A stretch of DNA of 64,000 nt from Heterodontus francisci (lineage: Eukaryota), in contig NC_090404.1 of assembly GCF_036365525.1 (NCBI RefSeq), positions 6,510,001 through 6,574,000 of the forward strand, given 5' to 3'. The translations under genes and the position numbers were made by a program. This document shows, piece by piece, positions 12,849-25,688 of this stretch. The notes below the pieces were generated by a model. It did not search any database. It had not been told where the DNA came from and worked only from the letters and a program-made list of their open reading frames with translations. Each line of letters starts with the position of its first letter. Within the stretch, counting starts at the first letter, position 1.

Positions 12849-14300
12849 CTGCTCCTGTATCTCTCCCTGACTGCACATCTGTTTTACACTCCCAGCAAAG
12901 TGATTGCCCCCTTTTTGTTTTTAAGTTCTACCCATATGGCTTCATTTGAAGAACCTTCGAAGATATCATCCCTCCTTACTGCAGTAATTGACTCCTTGAT
13001 CAATAATGCAATGCCACCTCCTATTTTACAACTGTTGCCGCCCCCCTCCCGACCCCCGTCACGCCTGAAGATTCTATACCCTGGAATATTGAGCTGCCAG
13101 TCCTGCCCTTTCCTTAACCATGTCTCTGTGATAGCAATAATATCATATTCCCATGTGTTAATCAATGCCCTCAATTCATCTGCCTTACTTGTCAGACTCC
13201 TTGCGTTAAAATAGGTGCAATCCAGCCTTGCATTATTCCCTTGTGCCTTAACAGGTCTATATTTGCTCTGCCTTCTAGACTGACATAGTTTCTCTTCTAT
13301 ATTTGGCTGTGCATCACCCTTCTCTCTGGATCCCATTCCCCCTGCCAGATTAGTTTAAACACCCCCCCCCCCCCCCCCCCCCCAACAGCAAGGATGTTGG
13401 ACCCGTTCCAGTTCAGGTGCAACCCGTACACGTCCCACCTTTGCCAGAAACCCAGCGATCCAGGAAACTATACCCCATCCTCCTGCACCATCTCTTCAGC
13501 CATGCATTCATCTGCTCTATCCTCCTATTCCTATACACACTAGCACGTGGCATCAGGAGTAATCCAGAGATTAAAACCTTTGAGGTCTTTTTAATCTGCT
13601 ACCTAGCTCCCTAAATTCTTGTTGCAGGACCTCATCCCTCTTTCTACCTATGTTGGTACCAATGTGAACCACGACCTCTGACTCTTCACCTGCCCCCTTC
13701 AGAATGTCCTGCAGCTGCTCCGTGACATCCTTAACTCGAGCACCAGGAAGGCACCATACCATCCTGGAGTCACATTTGTGGCCACAGAAATGCCTATCTG
13801 TACCCCTTACGATAGAATCCCCCATCACTATAGCTGTCCCACTCTTATTGTTTTTCCTCCCCTCCTATGCAGCTGAGCCACCGGTAGTGCCACAGACTTG
13901 GCTCTTGCTGTATTCCCCTGAGAAGCTATCTCCCCCAACAGTATCCAAAGCGGAAAATCTGTTAGAGAGGGAGATGAACCCAGGGGACCCATGCACTATC
14001 TGCCTAGTTCTTCTACTCTACTCGCCCATTCCCTTTCTGCCTGAGCAGTCTTCACCTGAGATATGACCACCTCTCTGTACATGCTATCCACGATGATCTC
14101 AGCCTCGCGGATGCTCCAGTGTCCCCAATCGCTGCTCCAGATCTGGAATGCGGATCTTGAGTAGCTGCAGCTGGAGACACTTCCAGTGTCCAGGGAGAAC
14201 ACGTGTGCAGGAAGTGTTCCTGACTTCCCACATTGCACAGGAGGAACACACCACGCTGCCAAGTTGCCCTGCCATGACTTGCCCTTAATCTACTCAAAAA
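12849..14300 (-). mobile_element. CR1-type LINE 5' part (ORF1 esterase-like and ORF2 endonuclease N-terminus)
   Basis: GDSIVRG..CLPGARVKD..VVHIGTN (SGNH-like ORF1, 13571-13828) and YFNARSL..DIIAITETWL (APE endonuclease, 12884-13336). Probably the same element as 4700-6573. Confidence 0.88.
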
Positions 14301-16051
14301 TTAGAGATTATGTACACTCGGGACCTTGATTCCCCTAACAAACACTACTTACGATATAAAAAAAACTGTAGACCTTCCCTTTCTCTTCAGTTACTAACCT
14401 ACATATTTATTGATACTTCCTAACAGCAGTTACTCACCAACCAATCACCTTGCAGATTTCCTGTGATGTCACTGTTCACTTTGTTTACAAACTCCTGCAC
14501 ACCTCGGCTCCTCACCGCTGCTTTCCCAAACGGTAAGTCTTCAATCAAACAATACTCCGAATCTGCAGTACTGTACATTAACAATCAAACAGCACTGGGA
14601 AAGCCTGCTTTCTGATCTGCCTTTTTTCCAATCAATCAATCTTTCCTTTCACTGAAATTTAGTTTCCAGTCCAGTCTCTCTATTGAATTCACTGACCTTC
14701 GGAATAGCAATAAGAAAATGATAATTGGCCTCTGTGTTGCTCATGTTCAAATCTTCATGGCCTTGCACACCCCCTGCCCCGCCCAACCCCACCACTCCAA
14801 ATCTCTACAGCCCGACAACCCTCCGTAAACTGTGTTGACTGAAAAAGGGAGAGGGTGAGGAAATAACGAGGTTTGTCCCCCTGATCACTATGCAACGAAC
14901 TCGGCCACAAAGCGCTCGTGTGTGAAAGTTGAGGTGGGTGGCATGCCATTGTTTCCTAGTGAGGAGATCAAGCTCAGATTCCCAACTCCATCTGCACGAT
15001 TCTGCAGGAATAGCCTGTTGCCGGAACAAATGAACAAGATCACAACATTTGGACAAGGTAGAGCACAATAACCTGTTTGATATCATTAACTTTATTACGG
15101 TGATCGGGTCGGGCGCAAAACAAAAAGGACTCTGGTTCGGGTTGGATGTGGTCGGGTCGGGCCTGGGTCAGGTTTCAATTTTATACTCCCAGATCCCAAG
15201 AATGTATTTTAAAAATCTGTATAAGTAAAATGGATTAAAAGCCTCTACAGAAATACTTGTTATTAAAACAACAGTCTATTACAGCGTACTGAGACGGTCT
15301 GCTCAGCAACCTAATCTCCTCTAGAATTTACCTCCCTTGACAGTCACATTGGAAGTTGTTGGGCCAGACTGGGTTCAGAAGTACTCCGGGTTAAACCCAG
15401 CAGCTTCTCCTCCATATCCACTCCAGCATAAACTAATGCAGCAGGTGGTCAGGGACCGACTTCCACATCCAACACCCACCCCGATACAAACCAGCTCTTA
15501 ATTGGTCTGTCTGTGTTTCTAGACTCGGTTCTGTGAGCAACGCCTGCAATAAAACAAAAGCAAAATACTGTGGATGCTGAAAATCTGAAATAAAGAGAGA
15601 AAGTGCTGGAAATAATCAGGTCAGGCAGCATCTGTAGAGAGAGAAACAGAGTTAATATATCTGTGTGAGCAGAATGAATACAGGGTATAAAAATGGTGCA
15701 GAATTTGATGGTCAATATAAGCTCAGAAATGGAAGAGAAATGGACTATAGCGCAGGAAAAACAATTCCTGACCACGAAAGATACTGTGGGAAGATAAAGC
15801 TGGTAATCCAGCAGTGCATGGTCAGGAGGATGGGCGGTGGCGGAAACCTCATTTAGTCATCGTTGGTAGAAATAACAGCAAAATCTCAAACACGGCTCAA
15901 TACAACCATTATTAGAGGGAGGGGAGGTTAGACAATGGCAGAGAGGTGATCAGGGAGGGCAGAAGTGAAACACAGCAATGGATGCACATGGATTCAAATC
16001 CACAGCAAAGGAGCACATCAGCCCCAGAGCCATAAAACCTCACAAATAACA

Positions 16052-17535
16052 TACTGTGTTATCAAGAAACAGCTGAAGGCACTGGATACGGCAAAGGCTA
16101 TGGATCCTGATAACTTCCCGGCTGTAGTACTGAAGACCTGTGCTGCAGAACTAGCCGAGCTGTTCCTATACAGCTACAACACTGGCATCTACCTGACAAT
16201 GTGGAAAATTGCCCAGGTATGTCCTATCCACAAAAAGCAGGACAAGTCTAACCTGGCCAATGACCACCCCATCAGTCTACTCTCAATTAAAGTAATGGAA
16301 GGTATCGTAAATGGTGCTATCAAGCAGTACTTGCTTAGCAATAACCTGCTCAGTGTCACTCAGTTTGGATTCTGCCAGAGCCATTTGGCTCCTGACCTCA
16401 TGACAGCTTTGGTCCAAACATGAACAAAAGAGTTGCCCTGGATATCAAGGTCACATTTGACCGGATGTGGCATCAAGGAGCCTTAGCAAAACTGGAGTCA
16501 ATGGCAATTGGGGAAAACTCTCCACTGGTTGGGGTCATACCTAGCGCAAAGGAAGATGGATGTGGTTTTTGGAGACCAATCATCTCAGTCCCAGGGCATT
16601 GCTGCAGGAGTTCCTCAGGGTAGTATCCTAGGCCCAACCATCTTCAGCTGCTTCATCAATGACCTTCCTCCATCATTCGTTCAGAAATGGGGTTGTTCAT
16701 TGATAATTGTACAATTTTCAGTACAATTTGTAACTCCTCAGATAACGAAGTAGTCCATGTCCATATGCAGCAAGACCTGGACAACATCCGGACTTGGGCT
16801 GATAAATGGCAAGTAACTAGCATGCCACACTTGCGCCAGGCAATGACCATCTCCAATAAAAGAGAATCTAACCATCTCCCCTTGACTTTTAACGATATTA
16901 CCATTGCTGAATCCCCCACTGTCAACATCCTGGGGGTTACCATTGATCAGAAACTGAACTGGAGTAGCTATATAAATACTGAGGCTACAAGAGCAGGTCA
17001 GAGGCTCGGAATACTGTGGCAGGTAACTCGCCTCCTGACTCCCCAAAGACCTGTCCACCATCTACAAGGCACAAGTCAGGAGTGTGATGGAATACCCTCC
17101 ACTGGCTTGGATGAGTGCAGCACCAACAACACTCAGGAAGCTCAACACCATCCAGGACAAAGCAACCTGGGAACCCCATCCACCAACTTAAACATTCACT
17201 CCCTCCACCACCAATGCAGAGTGGAATGAAGACCAAGTTGGCAAAAATGGACTGGGAAAATGAATTGAAAGGTAAGAGAGTAGAGAAGCTGTGGCAGACA
17301 TTTAAGGAGATAGTTCATAACTCTCAACAAGATATATTCCAGTGAAAAAGAAAGACTTTATGAGAAAGATGCAACATCCGTGGCGAACTGTGTGTACCAT
17401 ATACAAGATGAACTGCAGTAACTCACCAAGGCTCCTTCGACAGCACCTTCCAAACCCACAAACCCTTCCATCTAGAAGGACAAGAACAGCAGATAAAGGG
17501 GAATACCACCACCTGCAAGTTCCCCTCCAAGCCAC
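16052..17535 (+). mobile_element. Non-LTR retrotransposon 'family B' (CR1/Jockey-group RT), 5'-truncated, with a small CR1 insert
   Basis: KAMDPDNFPAVVLKTC, GVPQGSILGPTIFSCFINDL and WADKWQVT motifs; same family as 33163-35715. Confidence 0.8.
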
Positions 17536-17539
17536 TCTC

Positions 17540-17812
17540 TGTCGTCACCAAGACGGCTGCACATGCAATCTGCTCCCCTCTCAACCAAGAGAGCGGCCGT
17601 TGACCTGGGCCTAATTCCGGGAAAAAGCCCCAGAATGCAAATGCGGGAGTTGGAGGTTCATATTTGGGGCTTGCGGCCTACACCAGGTGTTTCTGAAGCC
17701 TCCCCGTCCAGCCGCCAACTCTCACCCGCTGCAAAACCATCTCCAGCACTGGCATAGCTCTGATCAAAGTGACACTGCGCATGCTCCAGATACTGTCCAG
17801 AACTGTGACTGT
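17540..17812 (-). promoter_or_regulatory. Inverted copy of the ZNF-cassette promoter-like module
   Basis: Reverse complement aligns with 51955-52250 (gagcatgcgca..ctttgatcagag..gaaacacctggtgtaggccgcaagcccc). Confidence 0.6.
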
Positions 17813-17919
17813 GTACTGGGATCCTGTAGTGTGAATAAGCTCCATGCACATCTCCTGGTTTCCCCTTCATCCAGCTTGTTTGTTACATCCTCAAAGAACT
17901 CTAATAAATTTGTCAAACA

Positions 17920-20230
17920 AATCCAGAGCTCCCTGGATGACAAAAGAGGTAGAGATTAAGATTAGGAAGAAAAAGTGTGCTTATGACAGATGCCAGGTAA
18001 AAAATACTATTGAGAACCAGGCTGAATATAGAAGGTCCAGAGGGGAAGTGAAAAAGCAAATAAGAGAAGCAAAGACAGAGCATGAAAGGAGACTGACAGC
18101 TAGCATTAAGGGAAATCCCAAAGTTTTCTCTAGACATATAAATAGGAAAAGAGTAGTAAAAGGTGGAGTGGGGCCGATTAGAGACCAGAAAGGGGTTTAC
18201 ACATGGAAGCAGAGAGCATAGCTGAGGTATTAAATGAATATTTTGCACCTGTCTTTACCAAAGAAGAAGATGCAACCTAGGCAATGTTGAAAGGAGGTAA
18301 GTCAGACACTTAGGTTTAAAATTGATAAAGAGTGAGTATTAGATTGGTTGTCTGTACTTAAAATGGATAAGACACCTGGAGCAGATGAGATGCATCCAAG
18401 TATACTGAGGGAAGTGAGGGTGGAAATCGCAGAGGCACTGGCCATAATTTTTCAGTCTTCCATAGACTCTGGGATGGTGCCAGAGGACTGGAGAATTGCA
18501 AATGTTACACCCTTGTTCAAAAAAGTGTGTAAAGATAAGCCAGCGACTACAGGCCAGTCAGTTTAACTTCAGCGGTGGGAACACTTCTAGAAAAAATAAT
18601 TCGGGACAAAATCAATAGTCACTGGACAAATACAAGTTAATTAAGGAAAGCCAGCATGGATTTCTTAAGGGAAAATCATGTTTAACTAACTTGCTGGAGT
18701 TTTTTGAGGAGGTAACAGAGAGGGTTGATGAAGGCAATGCTGTTGATGTAGTGTACATTAACGCCTGGCTCGGATATAAAATTAAAACCCGACCCGGGCC
18801 AATCCGAACCCAACCCAGGACTGAGTCCTTTAATTTTTTTAAATGCCAAACCCGACACATGTTTGGACGGGTAGCCAAGCTTTACTGCAGAGTGCGGAGT
18901 CTGGACTGCACATTTCCCGCCTTGACGTCCTGAATGTTCGCTTGAAGATTACATCCCGGAGCAAGGCAGCGCTGTCCACGTCCAGCCCGACCCGACCCGA
19001 GCCCGTATGTTCGACCCAATACGTCATCAGGTCTGGTCGGGGTCGGGTAGCCATGGTTTAGTGTACATGGACTATCAAAAGGCTTTTGATACAGTCCCAG
19101 ACAACAGACTTGTGAGCAAACTTGTAGCTCATGGAATAAAAGGGACAGTAGCAACATGGATACAGAATTGGCTGAGTGACAGGAAACAAAGAGTAGTGGT
19201 TAATGGATGTTTTTCGGGCAGGAAGAAGGTATGTAGTGGAGTACCCTAGGGATCAATGTTGGGACCCTTGCTTTTCCTGATGTATATTAATGTCCTGGAC
19301 CTTGGTGTACAGGGCACAATTTCAAGGTTTGCAGATGATATGAAACTTGGAAGCATCGTGAACTGTGAGGCGGGTAGTGTAGAACTTCAAAAGGACAAAG
19401 TTGGTAGAATGGGCAGACAGGTGGTAGAAGAAGTTCAATGTGGAGAAATGTGAAGTGATTTCATTTTGGTAGGAAGAACATGGAGAGACAATATAGAAGA
19501 AAAGATACAATTCTAAAGTGGGTGCAGGAGCAGAGGGACCTAGGTGTATATGTGCATAAGTCATTGAAGATGGCAGAACAGATTGAGAGAGCAGTTAATA
19601 AAGCATACAGTACCCTGGGCTTTATTAATAGGAGCATAGAGTACATGAGCAAGAAAGTTATGTTGAACTTGTATAAGGCAATAGTTCAGCATCAGCTGGA
19701 GTATTGCGTCCAGTTCTGGCTGTCGCACTTTAGGATGGACAAGAGGGCATTGGCGAGAGCACAGAAAAGATTCTCGAGAATGATTCCAGGGATGAGGAAT
19801 TTCAGTTATGAAGACAGATTGGAGAAGTTAGGACTGTTTTCCTTGGAGAAAAGAAGGCTGAGAGGTGATTTGATAGAGGTATTCAAAATTATGAGGGGCC
19901 TGGCCAGAGTAGATAGAGAGAAACTGTTCCCACTCGTGGAAGGATCGAGAATGAGAGGGAACACATTTAAAGTATTTGGTAAGAGAAGCAAAAGTGACAT
20001 GAGGAAAAGCTTTTTCACGCAGTGAGCTGTTAAGGTCTGGAATGCGTTGCCTGAGAACGTGGTGGAGGCAGTTTCAATTAAAGCATTCAAAAGGGAATTA
20101 GACAGTTATAATGAAAAAGAATAATGTGCAGGGTTATGGGGAGAATGGAACTGAGGGAATTGCTCTTTTGGAGAGCCAGTGCGGACATGATGGGCCGAAT
20201 GGCCTCCCTCTGCACTGTAACGATTCTGTG
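17920..20230 (+). mobile_element. CR1-type LINE, degenerate, interrupted by a MITE
   Basis: ORF fragments DKTPGADEMHPSIL, YMDYQKAFD, RFADD and RRLRGDLIEVFKIMRG; 3' tail at ~20190-20230. Confidence 0.9.
18759..19060 (-). mobile_element. Non-autonomous hAT MITE with 8-bp TSD
   Basis: GTGTACAT is duplicated at 18751-18758 and 19061-19068; both ends and an internal stretch match the hAT at 2647. Confidence 0.9.
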
Positions 20231-20234
20231 AACA

Positions 20235-21300
20235 TAGTTACCCTTTCATAAAACCATGTTGACTGTTTGATTGCATTATGAGTTTCTAAATGTTCTGCTA
20301 CTAGTTCCTTAATAATGGACCAATTACTAATGACAGACATTAAGTAAATCGGCCCCGCACCCCGTTTCTTGAATAGACTCTCAAACTGAATGTGAAATTC
20401 TATTATGTTACGATCACTCTTGCCTAGAGGAATCTTTACGATGAGGTCATTCATTAATCCTGTCTGACAGCACATTACCAGGTCTAAAATAGCCTGCTCA
20501 CAGGTTGGTTCCAGAATGTATTAATCTCAGAAACTGCCCCAATATACTCTATAAACTCATCCTCCAGGTTACCTTTGCCAATTTGACTAGTCTAATCTAT
20601 ATGAAGATCAAAATCACTGACGATTATTGCAATACCTTTCCTACAAGCCTCCGTTATATCTTGATTTGTATTCTGTCAAATAGTTTAGCTACTGTTAGGG
20701 GGCCTATAAACTGCACCCTTATATTTCTTATCTCCATCCAAACTGATTCTACATCCTGGTCTTCCAAGCCAAGATCATTTCTCACTACTGTACTGATCTC
20801 ATCCTTTATTAACAGAACTAACCCACCTCCTTTTCCTTCCTTCCTATCCTTCCAAAATGTCAAATATCCTTGAATATTTAGTTCATAGCCTTGGTCACCT
20901 TGCAACCACATCTCTGAAATGGCTATCATGTCATCGCCATTTACTTCTATTTGTACTATCAATTAATCCATCTTGTTATGAATGCTGCGTGCATTCAGAT
21001 AAAGTGCCTTTAATTTTATCTTTTTACAATTTTTTTCTACTGTTACATTATTTGCTCGTGCACTCTTCCTCTTGTATGCTCTATCCCTTCCTGTCCCAGT
21101 CTGGTTATCATTACCTGTATTGCTACCCTGCACTATTGCCAAATTTCCCCTCACCTGAACTCTGCATGGACTATTTAGTTTAAAGCCCCTCTGCAGTTCT
21201 AGTTATACAATGTGCCAGGTCACTGGTCTCAGCGCAGTTCTGGTGAAGACTGCTGCAATGGCGCATCTCCCTCTTTCCCTAGTACTGGTGCCAGTGCCCC
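20235..21300 (-). mobile_element. CR1-type LINE fragment (endonuclease N-terminus)
   Basis: LYLNARSIHNKMD and IAISEMWLQGDQ..GKGGGLVLLIK on the minus strand. Confidence 0.8.
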
Positions 21301-21329
21301 TTGGATCAAAACCTGCGCTTGCGCTACAC

Positions 21330-21875
21330 AATGGTCGCACGTTCCAAACACTAATGACAGGGCGTTTGGATATTGACGTCCTTTGGTGTGGGTAGGGAAC
21401 ATTTCTCTCGGAGAAGGTCAGGAAAAATACCGCCATTGAAAGTCCGAACTGAATTAGAAGACGTCTCGCGACAAATCAATGACTTCAACAGCACACCAGT
21501 CGCGCATGCTCAGTTTTCGCAAAATGACTCCCATGGCGGCGCCCCTGTCCGCCCTTTCACCCCTGCTTGTACTGGTTTGCGCAGATGGTTGTCTGCGTGG
21601 TAACATCATTGCGCATCAGCAATGGCGTGGTGAGGTCATCCTGGGCAGCGCAATTGCTCAATGGCGCAATTTTTGGAACGGGGAGGGTGGTAAGTGGGAG
21701 CGGACCGGCGATAATAAGTCGCGATTGAAGCACCGATCGCGGGGAGCCGTTTTCGGGCTGAGGAAACGGTTGGACGTCATCACGTGGTGACGTTGATGCG
21801 CGCATGCGCGGCTTCATACTGGCAAATGATCTGACGCACTGATGACCGTTCTGCGCATGCTCTGCGTTCGGCTAC
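21330..21875 (+). promoter_or_regulatory. CpG island, probable promoter of ZNF-2
   Basis: Sharp local CpG enrichment with NRF1-type GCGCATGCGC (~21800), E-box/CRE tcacgtggtgacgt (~21780) and TCGCGA motifs. The link to ZNF-2 is inferred from position. Confidence 0.65.
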
Positions 21876-22889
21876 TTTTGGTTTTTGAAATCACTGAGTC
21901 CAGGGTTTCTGAGATCTTTCCAGTTGCAGCTCCAGTAGGAGGTTTGGAATTGAAATCAGGGAAATAGTTTCAGAGGTGAGGAATTTTGATTAGTTATCGA
22001 CAATTTAGAACGTCTATTGCTGTGCTATCTGAGAGGTTCCATGGCTCTGGGGCTGATGTGCTTCTTTGTTGTGGATCTGAATCCATGTCCATCCATTGCT
22101 GTGCTTCACCTTTGCCCTCCCCGATCTGCCCTCTGCCATTGTCTAAATTCCTCTCCCTCTACTAACGACTGCAGTTTAGAGATGTTTGATAGTTTGCTGT
22201 TACTTCCCCTGACCATGCACTGCTGGATTAGCAGCTTTATCTGCCTACAGTATCAGGAATTGTTTTTCTTGCACTATATTCCATTTCTCTTCCACTTCTG
22301 AGCTTATATTGACCATCAAATTCGGCATCATTTTATTCCCTGTAATTCGTTCTGCACACCCTGAAACGTTAACTCTGCTTCTCTCTCCACTGATGATGCC
22401 TGACCTGCTGAGTATTTCCTGCATTTTCTCTCTTTATTTCAGACTTCCAGCATCCACTATTTTTCTTCTAGGAGAGATTAGGTTGCAAAAGAGACAAGTA
22501 TTTCTATTGAATCTTTTAATCCATTTTACATCCAGATTTTGAAAATTGATTCTTGGGATATGGGGGTCACTATCAAGACCAGCATATATTGTCAGTTCCC
22601 AGTTACCCATTGAGGAGGTGATCTTGGGCCGTCTTCTTGAACTGCTGTAGTCCATGTGGTGAAGATGCTCCCACAATGGTGTTGGGTAAGGAGTTACAGG
22701 ATTTTAACAGTGATATATGTCCACTAAAACACAACTTGCATTTAATAAAAAATTTTCCAAGGTATTTCACAGGAGTGTCAGAAAGTGACATTTGACATCA
22801 AGCCACATTAGGAGATATTAGGGGAGATGGCCAAAGGCTTGATCAAAGAGGTAAGTTTTAAGAAGTATCTTAGGGGAGAAAAGTGAGGT

Positions 22890-25688
22890 TTCAATGTGAC
22901 AAGTATAACAGGTAAGGCAGATGAACTTAGAGCTTGGATTAGTACTTGGAAATATGATGTTGTTGCTATTACAGAGACTTAGTTGAGGGTATTGGCACCT
23001 AAATGTTCCAGGCTTTAGAAGCTTCAGGCGGGATAGAAGGGGATGTAAAAGGGGTGGGGGAGTTGCATTACTGGTTAAGGAGAATATCACAGCTTTACTG
23101 CGGGAGGACACCTCAGAGGGGTCATGCAGCGAGGCAATATGGGTGGAGCTCAGGAATAGGAAGGGTGCAGTCACGATGTTGGGGGTTTACTACAGGCCTC
23201 TCAACAGCCAGCGAGAGGTAGAGGAGCAGATATGTAGACAGATTTTGGAAAGATGTAAAGGTAACAGGGTTGTGGTGGTGGGTGATTTTAACTTCCCCTA
23301 TATTGACTGGGACTCACTTAGTGCTAGGGGTTTGGATGGGGCAGAATTTGTGAGGAGCATCCAGGAGGGCTTCTTGAAACAGTATGTAGATAGTCCACTA
23401 GGGATGGGGCCATTCTGGACTTGGTATTGGGGAATGAGCATGTGGTCGAAGTTTCAGTGGGGAAGCATTTCGGGAACAGTGACCATAATTCCATAAGTTT
23501 TAAGGTACTTGTGGATAAGGATAAGAGTAGTCCTCGGGTGAAGGTGCTAAATTGGGGGAAGGCTAATTATAACAATATTAGGCAGGAACTGAAGAATTTA
23601 GATTGGGGGCGGCTGTTTGAGGGTCAATCAACATCTGACATGTGGGAGTCTTTCAGACGTCAGCTGATTAGAATCCAGGACCAGCATGTTCCTGTGAGGA
23701 AGAAAGATAAGTTTGGCAAGTTTTGGGAAGCTTGGATAACACGGGATATTGTGAGCCTAGTCAAAAAGAAAAAGGAAGCATTTGTAAGGGCTGCAAGGCT
23801 AGGAACAGATGAAGCACTTGAGGAATATAAAGACAGTAGGAAGGAACATAAGCAAGTAGTTAGGAGGGCTAAAAGGGGTCATGAAAAGTCATTGGCAAAC
23901 AGGATTGAGGAAAATCCCAAGGCTTTTTATACATATATAAAGAGGGAAAGGGTTGGCCCACTCAAGGACAGAGATGGGAATCTATGTGTGGAGCCAGAGG
24001 AAATGGGCGAGGTGCTAAATGAGTACTTTGCATCAGTATTCACCAAAGAGAAGGACTTGGTGGATGATGAGCCGAGGGAAGGGAGTGCAGATAGTCTCAG
24101 TCATCTCATTATCAAAAAGGAGGAGGTGTTGGGTGTCTTGCAAAGCATTAAGGCAGATAAGTCCCCAGGGCCTGATGGGATCTACCCTCGAATACTGAGG
24201 GAGGCAAGGGAAGAAATTGCTGCGGCCTTGACAGAAATCTTTGCATCCTCATTGGCTACAGGTGAGGTCCTAGAGGACTGGAGAATAGCCAATGCTGTTC
24301 CTTTGTTTAAGAAGGGTGGCAAGGACAATCCAGGAAATTATAGGCCGGTGAGCATTACGTCAGTGGTAGGGAAACTATTAGAGAGGATTATTCGGGACAG
24401 GATTTACTCCCATTTGGAAGCAAACGAACTTATTAGCGAGAGACAGCATGGTTTTGTGAAGGGGAGGTCGTGTCTTACTAATTTGATTGAGGTTTTTGAG
24501 GAAGTGACGAAGATGATTGATGAAGGAAGGGCAGTGGATGTTATCTATATGGACTTTAGTAAAGCCTTTGACAAGGTCCCGCATGGCAGACTGGTACAAA
24601 AGGTGAAGTCACACGGGATCAGAGGTGAGCTGGCAAGATGGATAAAGAACTGGCTCGGTCATAGAAGACAGAGGGTATGAGTGGATGGGTGTTTTTCTGA
24701 ATGGAGGGATGTGACTAGTGGTGTTCCGCAGGGATCAGTGCTGGGACCTTTGCTGTTTGTAGTATATATAAATGATTTGGAGGAAAATGTAGCTGGTCTG
24801 ATTAGTAAGTTTGTGGACGACGCAAAGGTTGGTGGAGTTGCGGATAATGATGAGGATTGTCAGAGGATACAGCAGGATATAGATCGGTTGGAGACTTGGG
24901 CGGAGAAATGGCAGATGGAGTTTAATTCAGACAAATGTGAGATAATGCATTTTGGAAGATCTAATACAGGTGGGAAGTATACAGTAAATGGCAGAACCCT
25001 TAGGAGTATTGACAGGCAGAGAGATCTGGGCGGACAGGTCCACAGGTCACTGAAAGTGGCAACGCAGGTGGATTAGGTAGTCAAGAAGGCATACAGCATG
25101 CTTGCCTTCATCGGTCAGGGCATAGAGTATAAAAATTGGCAAGTCATGTTGCAGCTGTACAGAACCTTAGTTAGGCCACACTTAGAATATTGCGTGCAAT
25201 TGTGGCCGCCACACTACCAGAAGGACGTGGAGGCTTTGGAGAGGGTACAGAAGAGGTTTATCAGGATGTTGCCTGGTCTGGAGGGCATTAGCTATGAGGA
25301 GAGGTTGAAAAAACTCTGATTGTTTTCACTGGAACGACGGAGGTGGAGGGGCGACATGATAGAGGGTTACAAAGTTATGAGCGGCATGGACAGAGTGGAT
25401 AGTCAGTAGCTTTTTCCCAGGGTGGAAGAGTCAGTTGCTAGGGGACATATGTTTAAGGTGCGAGGGGCAAAGTTTAGAGGGGATGTGCGAGGCAAGTTTT
25501 TTGCACAGAGGGTGGTGAGTGCCTGGAACTTGCTGCCAAGGGAGGAGGTGGAAGAAGATACATGAATACGAAGGGAATAGAGGGATATGGGCCCCGGAAG
25601 TGCAGAAGCTGTTAGTTTAGGCAGGCATCAAGATCGGCGCAGGCTTGGAGGGCCAAATGGCCTGTTCCTGTGCTGTAGTGTTCTTTGA
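22890..25688 (+). mobile_element. CR1-type LINE with near-complete but broken ORF2, inserted in an older L2-like fragment
   Basis: Endonuclease (GDFNFP, SDHN) and RT (YMDFSKAFD, GVPQGSVLGP, FVDD) in ORFs 23143-25319, with a 3' tail. Flanks 22720-22890 and 25689-25930 read as one L2-like 3' end. Confidence 0.92.

Larger units (their letters stand above)
2647..15188 (+). mobile_element. Decayed hAT (Hermes/hobo/Ac-like) DNA transposon, split by nested insertions
   Basis: Left end taaagcctggc with acccg/gggtc subterminal repeats. Frameshifted transposase at 2930-3860: BED finger (FVQCKSC..LKYDSKKT..SLQRH), CCKGIRPF..V.DEGF..L, YMLITCHYV, VTDQGANIV, CQDH. A C-terminal dimerisation-like remnant lies at ~14890-14990 and the right subterminal gggtc repeats at 15105-15188 match the MITE end. 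Confidence 0.75.

Noticed and set aside
13362-13383. 22-nt poly-C run as a functional element
   Set aside because: An expanded homopolymer near the CR1 ORF1/ORF2 boundary; its length may also be a sequencing artefact.
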